Under the pieces are notes generated by a model. It saw nothing but the letters and a program-made list of their open reading frames with translations. It had not been told where the DNA came from and ran no database searches. DNA of 63,968 bases, the filler included, from Octopus bimaculoides (taxonomy: Eukaryota), in the NCBI RefSeq assembly GCF_001194135.2. It is 6 parts of 6 records of this genome, joined end to end, with 100 filler letters (N's around TTAATTAATTAA, not from the genome) between each part and the next. Parts side by side here need not be neighbours in the genome. Positions count along the whole stretch, not along the records: positions 13,464 to 25,007 come from NC_068983.1; positions 25,108 to 44,720 come from NC_068984.1; 4 more parts are not named here. The stretch is one strand, 5' to 3'. Every line of letters starts with the position of its first letter. The stretch's first letter is position 1. Positions 21,272 through 33,620 of the stretch are shown here, one piece after another. The position numbers and the translations under genes were made by a program.

Positions 21272-24200
21272 AAGTATATATATACATATCCATCAAAAAC
21301 CTTATTTTCGCTATTAAATTATATGTATATTTTTTATATATGCTCATAATAGCTTTGTATGAAGCATGAATGTCACAGCTTCCTTCAACTGCGTGGTCGG
21401 TATATATGATAATCCAATCGTGGATAACACAGCTCAGGAATTTATTAGCTTCATCAATTATTTTTCCAATATATTAGCGTGATTTCTCATATTGTTTCTA
21501 CCTACACATCCACCAATCTACCTCTTTCTCTCCCAACACACATCTTTACTCCCCTACTAACATAATTATATATACATATGTCTGTGTGTACGTGTGTATG
21601 TATTTGTGTGTGTAAGTACATCCTCGTGCACATACATTCATTTTCACGCACACACATATATATATATAAGTATGCATATATGTTTATATATATGCAAATA
21701 TATGTGCACATCTATGTATATAGACACACACATACACACACACCTTATACGTATATATATATATATATATNNNNNNNNNNATATACAAACATATATATAT
21801 ATATATATATATGTATATACATATACATACATATAGATACACGAATATACATATGCATACATATATGTATATACGTATATCGACATGTATGCAGATACAC
21901 ACACATATATCAGTAGACAGTCCAATAATCTTAGTGATAATTGCCCACCTCCTTAATATGTCAGCCACAACAAAACCTACACTCACACCCGGCGACTGCC
22001 ATATATAAACACGTATTATACACCCATTTTTATCAACACATACCCCTATAAAATATATATTAACGTTACAAAACAATATTTGAATAGATGAAAACGTTTT
22101 AGATTAAAATACACCCTAGGAAAGTAATAATTATTGTTTCTTTGTTGCTTTTAATAATAATACTGAAAGTCAATTGTAAATTTAATAATATATCTTCTTT
22201 GTAATGTATAAACATTAAGCAAATTTTGTTATTCTTTTTGTATATTTTAATATATTATTTTAATTTCCACTTTTTTCTTTGCCTTTTATATCTAATAATA
22301 TTGTTTCTTAACTTAGGCATAAGGCTGAAAAATTTTGTGATGGTGGTGGCGTCGTTTTAATCGACCTAGGTACTTTGACTGTGCTTTATTTTATTGACTC
22401 TGGAATGATGAAAAGTAAAGAGAATGCAGGCGTCGTTTGAACTCAGAACCAATATGAAATTAACCTTTTTACAGTATTTTCAAATCATGAGCGCATCTCG
22501 TCCGTCTATTATGGATTTCTAATATAGGTGCAATATTAAACAATATTCGCCTAAATAGCTTTTTAAAAGCACAGTGTTACAAACTTATGGGAGGCAGAAT
22601 TCTTACTGAATTAGATGCAGTAGTTAGTTGCGTCGTTAACATTCCCAGAATGATGCAGAAAATATGTTCTGCACGGGAGTTGAACTCAGAAGGTAAATGT
22701 ATCTCTTTTCTGAGTCTACTGCTTGCACTATTTTGGTCATGATTGTTATAATTTCGTTCACTCAAAGAAGGTGGTACGTATAAAGATGTTGATTTTGCTT
22801 CTTATACGATTGCACTTATACTAATACTTAAATGTGTTTGATTTGCAAAGGAGGAAGCCAATAGATAACTGAATCATTTTATCTCACAAAGTTGCGGGTA
22901 ATAATAGTTGGTTTCTGTTACTGCTATTTCATCACCATCTTTGCTCAGGTTGTATTGATCCTTTTGGAGTGGATTCAAAGCATAGATTTCAGAGAAAGAC
23001 AACATGATATTCTATACTCAAGCAAGTTCACCAAGAACATTGATAGAAAGGCAAAACACCGTACATGTTCCGACTGACAGAATTTTCATTAGAATTATAC
23101 TATAGAGTTCGACAGTTTGGGAATATTAATGCACGTCAATTAGAGGGATTTTTATTTAGCATGAACTGTATACTGTATATTGTTGAGAAAAATGCTTGAT
23201 CTTGTATAGTTTCATTCGTTTGCGTTCACTTGTGAATTTTAATTAGGCAAACAAATGTTTTAATTCAATACAGTTAACACAAATGTACAGGCAGTAATTC
23301 GACTGTAATTCAATCGCAAATACCCGTTTCACATACAGTTTATTCTCTGGTGAATTTAAAATGAATATTACTTGGCATTAAATAGTGAAAAAGCAGCAAA
23401 AACAACAGTTCGGCTGGGAGAATAATTTCAGCTCTTTGTCCAGGTCAAGTCCACCAGAAGTATTCTTCTATATTCATATCTTCAGGAAACCTGAAATAAT
23501 CAATGTTACCTTCTCAGAGAAACGGAAAAGTTTTCTGTTACCGTTAGTCTGTCATCTTTAAAAGGATGTAATGTTGAAACTTTTCGAACCCTCCATTCAG
23601 AGAATTCTTTCAACAATTGCACATTGAAGATAACTAGTGATTTATCTTGACAATAAAAACGCTATACACCAACATCGAAGCACCTATTTTCTTTTTATAG
23701 CATTAGGTACGTATATTGTAAATGCTGATCAGATTTCCTATTATCTAAGGTATTTCCTATTTCCTAGGAGAAGAATATTAAATTCGCAGGAAAACAAGTA
23801 TTTATAACAAAATCTATAAACGAAAATAATAACTTTTCTAATTGATATGCCTGTTCCGGATAGTAATTCTGACATACAGAGAAACATAACTGAGAGCGCA
23901 CACTGTGGATATAATGAAAACTTATGATAAATAATTGCTGTTTGTTTAAATGAAGACGTACTGCCGTGATTATTACAGAGTCGATACAAATCTATGTTAA
24001 TGGATGTGTCGTATGAAAAGTATTTCATTGACACTGATGGTCTATACCAGTAATTCAAATGTTTTCAAGCGTATACTGATTTCCTAAGACCAGATAATAA
24101 ACAATATTTGGAGCGAGATCTTGAAGGATTTTAAAACAATCATAAATGATTTTATGTTCAGTAAATTAAGCATTTAAGTATAATGAACCTTAGAGATAAT

Positions 24201-25007
24201 ACTATTAAAATATTGGTGGCTTTTATGATGAAATGATAGTAATTGGCAAATTTATTAAAGACATGTGATTTTGGAATACTCAGAATCTTGCACGCTAGCT
24301 GGAAGCGTACAAATCTTTCCCAAGATGAAGAACGTTCCTTGACACATACATACATGCATACATACATACGTACATAGATACATAAATACATACANNNNNN
24401 NNNNATATATATATATATATATATATATAATTATATATACATATATATATATATATAATACGCACATTCTACAATATATGTATTGAAAATAAACTTTACA
24501 GTATGTCTCTGTGTACATAATTCTATTGTTGTGTACGTCGATATGTTGCAGTGTGCATGTAAATTGATATCTAGTAGTTCCTCTATCAATATGCAAATGT
24601 GCCTCGTTTCAGTTTCTCTACACCTCGAAGATAAGACCGGTTAATCATAACCTATCCATTGTATTGGTCCCATTGCAATATTTACAATTTTCCTTGTCTT
24701 TATTGAAATGTTTAAGTGACATTTAGATATTTAATGTAAATTTACCATACAGGTACATTTATATTAACGGTTACCTGTATTTGTCACTTTTATTAACATC
24801 ATCCAGCTGATGAGGAAGCTGCCAGATTTCTCAGCCTTACTCGTCGGATTGTAAAAGGTGATTAAAATGAAACGCCGGCAGATGACAACCTATTTACTTA
24901 TATACAAATAGATGCAAAAGCGCTTAACATACACATGTATTTACACTCACAAACGTGTGTGTAAATATATATACGTAGGTTAAATGTATATATATATATA
25001 TATATAT

Positions 25008-25107
25008 NNNNNNNNNNNNNNNNNNNNNNNNNNNNNNNNNNNNNNNNNNNNTTAATTAATTAANNNNNNNNNNNNNNNNNNNNNNNNNNNNNNNNNNNNN
25101 NNNNNNN
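25008..25107. other. Artificial scaffold linker
   Basis: Same 44N-TTAATTAATTAA-44N structure. Confidence 0.97.
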
Positions 25108-25523
25108 CATGGGCGCCTTTCGTATCAATGAAACTTTTAAGTAACATGAGAAGCTAAATCAACCCATCAATCAATCATTCAAGACAGGTACAAATATATG
25201 AGTGTGTGTGTGTGCATACGTTTGTATAATAATGCACATGGATATTATTAATAATAATAATAATAATAATAATAGTAATGGTTTCAAATTTTGCCACAAG
25301 GCCAGCAATTTTGGGGGAGGGGGTAAGTCGATTACATCTGCCCCAGTGCTCAACTGGTACCTGTTTAATTAACTCCCGAAAGGATGAAAGGCAAAGTCGA
25401 CCTTGGCAGAATTTGAACTCAGAACATAGCGACGAGCGAAATACCACTAAGCACTTCATCCAGTGTGCTAACAATTCTGCCAGCTCACCACCTCAATAAT
25501 AATAATAATGAAGAAGAAGAATT

Positions 25524-27000
25524 CTTGTTTTATTGGCCACAAGGGCTAATATAAATTAAAAACATGTCAGGACAAAGAGAGGACGAAGGGTACAAAGGGT
25601 TTTGTCCAAAAAGAAAACGTTCATGTAAACAAATATAACAGCAAAAAATATAACAAATAAAACTCTCAATAGGGGGAGGCGCTTGGAAAGGTTACACGTG
25701 GAAAAACCCATAAAAGCCATGGGAGCCTGGTCAGGAGGGGTAGAGAGCCCTTTCTCCTTTTATATTACCTTTTTTTTTTTTTTACAGGTGTAACCTCAGA
25801 ATTGGTCCGTTCATACTGGCCATTTTACCAACAGTCACCCACCTTTCAAGAAATTTGCTACGAGACAGCACTTCCCTCTTTACTCTCATCTTCCTTTTTG
25901 CCACAAGGGTGAAGGATGAGGGGACAATACATAGACAGACATAAAGTGTAGGAGTTTACATATAATAGAATGATAAAAAAAAAAGTATACACGGTATATA
26001 TATTAGAAGAAGGGAAGTATACATAGTATATGATACCAGAAAAATAAAAAGGGATCACGATAGGATCCCTCTGGATCAGGAGGACCTCTAGGGATAATCA
26101 AGGAACCTCCACCATCCAAGACCACCCTCAGTATCAAGGATGGGAGCCCACTCCAACATGTTTCTTCTGACTCACAGGTCTACACTGTGAGTGATACCAT
26201 CCACTCTTGCCATTTTCAAAACTTTCACCCACCTTTTCATAAATTCACTCGAGGACTGCACCTCCCTCACCACCTTTTCAAGTGAAACTTGAAACAAAAT
26301 CGATGAGGGCTTTACCAAAGAGGAAAGTTTCTCTCCTCATTCCTTTCAGCTTTGTCCACCAGATAACCTCTTTTGCCACAACCACCAGACAAAGGAAAAC
26401 TGCCTTGCCAGCCTGATTAAAGGAGGGTGGCAGAGCAATCATCATTATGGACTCGGACAACAGACAGGTCTGTCCTACACATGACAGCAGCTGTTTGACG
26501 TAACTCCACAAGTCAGTAATGCCCAGACATTGAAAGAATGCATGCAGAACGGTTTCGTCGCTCTGCAAGCATCTCAGACAGGCCCGTCCGACAGCACATC
26601 CATGCNNNNNNNNNNNNNNNNNNNNNNNNNNNNNNNNNNNNNNNNNNNNNNNNNNNNNNNNNNNNNNNNNNNNNNNNNNNNNNNNNNNNNNNNNNNNNNN
26701 NNNNNNNNNNNNNNNNNNNNNNNNNNNNNNNNNNNNNNNNNNNNNNNNNNNNNNNNNNNNNNNNNNNNNNNNNNNNNNNNNNNNNNNNNNNNNNNNNNNN
26801 NNNNNNNNNNNNNNNNNNNNNNNNNNNNNNNNNNNNNNNNNNNNNNNNNNNNNNNNNNNNNNNNNNNNNNNNNNNNNNNNNNNNNNNNNNNNNNNNNNNN
26901 NNNNNNNNNNNNNNNNNNNNNNNNNNNNNNNNNNNNAGAGGTCAGTGAGCGCCTGACAACATTCTAAGTGTCAGGCACCCAGTCTCGGCCTATCCTTTAC
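25524..27000 (-). mobile_element. Tx1/L1-clade LINE 3' fragment (zf-RVT), gapped
   Basis: C...DETVLHAFFQC..ITDLWSYV..LL...AVFLCLVVVAKEVIWWT; the 3' end runs into (TTA)n. Confidence 0.8.
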
Positions 27001-27679
27001 CCAGGACTGTCGGGGAGAACAATAAAAATATGAATAAAGATAAGAGGTCAGAGAGAAAAACGACTGATGGAGACAAAACACAGAAACAAGTTTTTATAGA
27101 TTTGAAATGTGTTGTATGTGTGAAAGAATAAAAAAAAAAAAATTACAGTATTGTGAATTGTTTACTTTCTATATAGTTGTAATGGAAGTCAACATTACAC
27201 TGGCAAGCAATGAGAGCGTCTACACCAACTGAACGCCACCGCCACCTGCAGCAGCAACAACAAGCTCAATAAGTGCTTTTACTACCATTAGCACTTTATC
27301 TTGGTTGTAGAAGCAATTTAACTTAGCGTTGCTAATGCACAAGAAGATAAAGGTAGAAAAATCAGTCACATCCACCCATAATTTTAAATCTGACGTGTTG
27401 TGCTTATTTAAGAAATTATTCCATTACCGCAAGTATTATTATTATTATTATTATTATTCAGATGTTGTTTACCTGTGCTTTTATGATTATTAATGGTGTT
27501 TAAGCTGTGACCATGCTGTCTCTTTTATTGAGACATGATGTATCTAGGACTACATTATCTAATGTGTTCTTTGTTTTTTTTTTTTCAGTTGACAAAATTT
27601 GAACGACATTTGGCTGTTAAGGTTGGACAACTATGTAGAGGCTTTGATAATAATAATATTAATAATAATTATTATTATT

Positions 27680-27726
<47 letters not shown>

Positions 27727-28381
27727 GGCAGTGAACTGGCAGAATCATTAGCACGCCGGGCAAGATGCTTAGCCGCATTTCGTCCATCTTTATGTTCTGA
27801 GTTCACATTCCGCCGAGGTTGACTTTGCCTTTCATCCTTTCATGGTCGATAAATTAAGTACCAGTTGAACACTGGGGGCGATGTAATCAACTCATCCCCT
27901 CCCACAAAATTGCTGCCCTTATGGCAAAATTTCAAACCATTATTATTCATCATCATCATCGTTTAATATTTGCCTTCTATGCTAGCATGGGTGGGATGGT
28001 TTCACAAGAGCCAGCCACGCAAAAGCCTGCACCAGACTTTTACGATTGTTTTGGCAGGATTTTTACAGCTGGATGCTCTTCCTAACACCAACCATTCAGC
28101 AGAGTGGACTTAGTGCTTATTATGTGGCACAAGCACAGGCAAGGTTACCTTTGGCAAAGTTTTTACAGCTAGATGCCCTTCCAAACACCAGCTACTTTAT
28201 CGTGTGGACAGGATGTTTTTTAAGAAGTACCTGCACTGACAGGGTCACCAAGTAACCTGCAAGACAAAAAAGGGGAGGGGGCACTGGAGGAGGTGATCTT
28301 GTGTCGGATGATGAAATGAAAGGTTATAATGAGACAGAAACAAGTGCACTGCTGCAGAGGAAACACATGGTTACCCAACAT

Positions 28382-28549
28382 GAGAGAAGTGCAGGAGAAG
28401 GAGAGAGAAGTGCAGGAGAAGGAGAGAGAAGTGCAGGAGAAGGAGAGAGAAGTGCAGGAGAAGGAGAGAGAAGTGCAGGAGAAGGAGAGAGAAGTGCAGG
28501 AGAAGGAGAGAGAAGTGCAGGAGAAGGAGAGAGAAGTGCAGGAGAAGGA
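28382..28549 (+). repeat. 21-bp minisatellite x8 (gagagaagtgcaggagaagga)
   Basis: Eight perfect copies, producing the spurious (REVQEKE)n, (ERSAGEG)n and related ORFs. Confidence 0.95.
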
Positions 28550-30253
28550 GAGAGAGAGTAGGAGACAGCAAGATAGAGATGGTGGCAAAATGCCAGGTAT
28601 ACTCACAAGAGACGAGGATCAAAATATAAATGGGATTATTATTATTATTATTAATATATAAAGGATTGAGGTAACTCCTCCAGAAGATTATCATCATCAT
28701 TGTTTAACGTCCGCTTTCCATGCTAGCATGGGTTGGACGATTTGACTGAGGACTGGTGAAACCAGATGGCTACACCAGGCTCCAATCTGATCTGGCAGAG
28801 TTTCTACAGCTGGATGCCCCTCCTAACGCCAACCCCTCCGAGAGTGTAGTGGGTGCTTTTTACGTGCCACTGGCACGAAGGCCAACGACAGGCTTCTTTC
28901 AGTTTCTGTCTACCAAGTTCATTCACAAGGCTTTAGTCAACCTGAGGCTGACTAAAGCCTTGCAAAAGATACTTGGTCAGGTGGGACTGAACCTGGAACC
29001 ATGTGGTTGGGAAGCAAACTTCTCACTGCACAGCTATGCCTACGCCTTTTGTTACATTATAGCATGTCTGTAGTTTGGTATCCTGAACTGGATTATTCCA
29101 CCTTAATCCTTCCCAAACTTGGAAAACCAGTCCAAGTATGTGATAGACTTAATAAACCAGAGACAGAAATTCTTAAGCAATGAAATTCATTGTTGTTTTA
29201 ACCTATCACTTTTGGTTCTTGCATTCTTCAACTCAATTCATTTAACCCAGACTATTATATGCTTTTTTTTTTTTTTTTNNNNNNNNNNNNNNNNNNNNNN
29301 NNNNNNNNNNNNNNNTTTTTTTTTTTTTTTTCGATTTTTTTTCCCTTGCCATTCATTTGACATGTTCTTCATATGCGGAACTTTCCACTAGAAGAATAAA
29401 ATTAACAGTAACAGTATCAAGAATAACAGTAATAGTATCGATGATGATGATGATGTTGATGATTATTAATAATAATAATAATAATTAATAACAATGATGA
29501 TGAGAAACAAAAGGAACGCAGTGGCCATTATAGTGACTTCCAATTGTATTTCATTCAAAAGAGATTGCTAAGCTGTTGCCAAATGAAAGAAAATACAGTC
29601 AGTGATTAATAAAGATAAAAGAATATTGAAAAGAAAAAAAAGGTAACGAGAGAGAGGGGGGGGAGAATGGCAACAAAGTATGATGCAGACATGAATCTCC
29701 ACCACTCCATCTTGATCCTCTTTCACCTCCTCCCCTCCCTCTTCCGTCTCGTTCTCCGCATCTAATTTGGGTTAAACAGATAAAAACCACCGTGATTCCA
29801 AACTATACCACAACAATTTGTCCATTATATGTAACAAAAGATATTGGAATATCATTTTGTTTAATTCTCTCTCTCTCTCTCTCACTCTCTCTCTCACTCT
29901 CTCTCTCACTCTCTCTCTCACTCACTCTCTCTCTCTCTTGCAATTGTTTTATCTTTTTGTTATTGTTTCCTATTGTTTTAGTTTGTTTGTTTTTCAAGGG
30001 ATCCTCAGAAAATAATATCAACTGAGTAACACAAAGCTGCCTAACAACAGTAATCTCATTGTTTCATAAGTCACAAAAGCACATGGTCAAGTGGTTAGGA
30101 GCATTCCGTTTGGGATTAGAAGATTATATGTTCAATTCCTGGACTCTGCAGTGCAATACAAAACTGAAACAAAGACCAGCTCATTCCATCTGATGCTTTA
30201 CCAACTCAACCAAACCACCAATCCACTTGTCAACTAAACCATTTATTCATTAA

Positions 30254-30879
30254 CCCTTTAGCATTCATATTGTAGTTGTGGCTGATACAAGTGCCGCCTG
30301 ACTGGCACCCATGCTGGTGGCACGTCATAAGCACCATTCAAGCATGGGTCAATGCCAGTGCTCTCTGAATGGCTCCTGTGCTGGTGGCACATAAAAAGCG
30401 CCATCTGAACGTGGTCAATACCAGTGCCCTTAACTGGGTCCTGTGCTGGTGGCACATAAACAGCACCATCCGAATGTGGTCAATGCCTGACTGGCTCCCG
30501 TGCCAGTAGCACATAAAAAGCACCCACTACACTCTTGGAGTGGTTGGCGTTAGGAAGAGCATCCAGCTGTAGAAACTCTGCCAGATCAGATTGGAGCCTG
30601 GTGCAGCCTCCTGGCTTGCCAGTCCTCAGTCAAACTGTCCAACCCATGCCAGCATGGAAAGCGGACGTTAAACGATGATTGCTCTGGCAAATGTAAAGCT
30701 TATTCATTCCCACTGTTTTAAATTAATTCTACATTGTCTTGTAGCTTTCAGATGTTGATGGCATGACTATTTTCTAGAATGACATTGCAGGGTAGGTGTG
30801 TGAGGCTGGATCCGGCTGATTTGAACACAAAACAGAATGAATATTTGGGCCAAATATGGTTGGTTTAAATGCCAAAGGG
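30254..30879 (-). mobile_element. piggyBac-like TTAA MITE (same family as 1559-2652), split by an RTE tail
   Basis: TTAA|CCCTTTAGCATT at 30250-30265 and AATGCCAAAGGG|TTAA at 30868-30883. The body matches the 1559-1773 copy in reverse. Confidence 0.8.
30290..30680 (+). mobile_element. RTE 3' UTR fragment inserted into a MITE
   Basis: Subrepeats plus the ccaacccatgccagcatggaaagcggacgttaaacgatgat tail. Confidence 0.8.
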
Positions 30880-31574
30880 TTAAATTAAAGGGTAAGCAGC
30901 CAAGCATTCCTCAAGCACATATATCCTTAACATAATTCTCAAACCAAACCAGCATGATGCCATATGTGACAAAGCTGGGTCTTTTACATTACAGGAATAG
31001 TCCAAGTGACAGGTTTCCACACAGTTTCCATCTATCCTACTTTGTTCATGAATTAATATTTTCATTCTGTTGGCAAATACAGAAGGGGGTGGAGACAAAT
31101 CTGGACATGCTTTGGTCTAATTCAACCTCCTCAGCCAAGCAGAAATTTCACTGTTTTTAATAAAATAATTAAAAAGTAAAAAAAAATACATAAATGACTC
31201 AAAAATCATTTAACATCATCATCATCGTTTAACGTCCGCTTTCCATATAATATTCTAATGATTTTCACTGTACTTGTCTTATGAGTACAGTAGAGCCACA
31301 AATGCCTTCCCCATATGCACCATGTGCCCCAGTATGGCCCAAACTATAATTTACAGCTTTCAAAGGACAAAAGAATATTTCTGTTGAGAACAACAAGTGC
31401 CAGGAGTTGTCTAAGACCGTTAACTAAAGCACATTTTCTGTATCAATAAATATAAGTGTCCAGTCACTTTCTATTTCTTCGCACAGTTTATCCAAACAAA
31501 ATCTTTTCTTATTGATTTAACTTTCTTACTAGAAATGTTCACAAGAATAAAATGGCCTCATTTTAGAGCAGCCA

Positions 31575-32010
31575 ACTATTTCTTTCTTTCTTTTTCTCTC
31601 TCTCTCTTCTTTCTCTTTCTTCCTTCTTGCTTTTTCTCTTTCTTCCTCTCTTCCTCTTTCTTTTTCTTTCTTTCTCTCTTTCCTTTTCTCTTTCTCTTCC
31701 TTTATCTTTTTCTTGCTTTCTTTCTTCCTCTTTCTCTCTTTCCTTTCTTTTTCTCTTTCTTTCTCTCTAACTCTTTCGTCCTCTTTCTTTCTCTCTTCCT
31801 TTTTTCTTTTTGTCGCTTTCTCTCTTTCTTCCTCTCTTCCTCTTTCTCTCTTTTTCTTTCTTTCTCCCTTTCTTTCTCTTCCCTTTTCTCTTTATCTTGC
31901 TTTCTCTCTTTCTTCCTCTCTCTATTCCTCTTTCTTTCTCTCTTCCTTTCTTTTTTTCTTTCTTCCTCCCTTTCTCTCTCTCTCTCACCCTCCCTCTCAC
32001 CCTTCCTTCT
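31575..32010. repeat. Approximately 430-bp polypyrimidine/polypurine (CT/GA) tract
   Basis: Almost exclusively C and T on the + strand. Confidence 0.95.
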
Positions 32011-32604
32011 CTTTAGTCTTGAATGTCTTATATAGGTGTGCAGGTGTGGCTTTGTGGTTAAGTAGTTTTGCTTCCCAACCACATGGCTTCAGGTTCGGTT
32101 CCACTGCATTGCACCTTGGGCAAGTGTCTTCAACTATAACCCCAGACTGACTCAAAGCTTTGTGAGTGGATTTGGTAGACGGAAACTGAAAGAAGCCTAT
32201 TGTGTACATATGTGTATGTGGATACATGTATGTATGTATGCAAGCATGTGTGTGCGTGTGCCTCTTTGTTTTGTTGTCAGGTAATGGTTGTGAGTGCCAT
32301 GAAGGCTCAGCTGGCCAAAACTTCAAAGTACTGCCAATACTATTGTTGTTAAACAATAATATACATCGTTGCTATTACGCAAAAGTGTCGTAAGTCCAAA
32401 TCGTTGCTTTTTCAGAAAATGAAAAAATAGTTTCACCATTCCATAGCAAAACCGTTGTGCTACACTTTGATAAATTTTCATATCTTGCCATCTGAAGCAG
32501 CTGGAGATACGATAGTTTGACCAAAAGAACTGGCTATTTCAAGCAAAAATAAATATTGAGTAAATTTGGACATACGACAGTTTAACATAATAGCAACGAG
32601 AGAG

Positions 32605-32660
<56 letters not shown>

Positions 32661-33264
32661 TGCTACTATTATGCAAAAGTGTTGTAAGTCCAGAATGTTG
32701 CTATTATTCTATCGGTCGCCTTCACTGAACAGCTACGTCACAGGGATATAAACACACCAACACACGCATACATGCATGCACACACACACACATACGACAG
32801 GCTTTTTTAAGTTTCCATCTACCAAATCCACTCACAAGGCTTTGGTTGGCCCAAGACTATAGTATGAAGGCACTTGCCCAAGATGCCACACAGCGAGACT
32901 GAACTAGGAACACTGTAGTTAGGAAGCAAGCTTCTTACACAACAGATACATCGTGATAACAAGTAGAGGTCAATTTGTTTCGTCTAAACCCATCAAGACA
33001 ATCTCCCAGCATGGCCACAATCCCATGACAGAAACAAGACCAAAACATAGTACCAAAGATCCATAGATCTTGAAGCAGATAAAGCTATAAAGAATGGCCT
33101 GTAGATGTATTAGGTTAAAATCTTTTTGATTAAAGTTGAGGGTAGACTTCAACTTTTACTATTCAAAAGGACTTTTCAAACCAATATTTATATGCTGTTA
33201 TTTATAGCTCTATCTGCTTTGAGCTGTACCATCCAAAAGAAGAATTCCTTCATGTTATTTCTCA

Positions 33265-33620
33265 TCATCATCATCATCATCGTTTAACATCCACTTTCTA
33301 TGCTGGCATGGGTTAGACGATTTGACTGAGGACTGGTGAACCAGATGGCTGCACCAGGCTCCAATCTGATCTGGCAGAGTTTCTACAGCCCTTCCTAACA
33401 CCAACCACTCTGAGAGTATAGTGGGTGCTTTTATGTGCCACCAGCACAAGGGCCAGTCAGGCAGTACTGGCAACAGCTATGCTCAAATGGGGTTTTATAC
33501 GTGCCACCTGCACAGGAACCAGTCCGGTGGCACTAGCAACGACCTCGCTCGAATAGTTTTTTTCATGTGCCACCGGCACAAGTGCCAGTAAGGCGACGCT
33601 GTGCCGGTGGCACGTGAAAA
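33265..33620 (-). mobile_element. RTE 3' UTR fragment
   Basis: (CAT)n-cgtttaacatccactttc... is the reverse complement of the tail, with subrepeats. Confidence 0.75.

Noticed and set aside
24800-24885. CTGATGA ... GAAAC hammerhead candidate
   Set aside because: No convincing stem II, no U-H triplet, and no stem I adjacent to the core.
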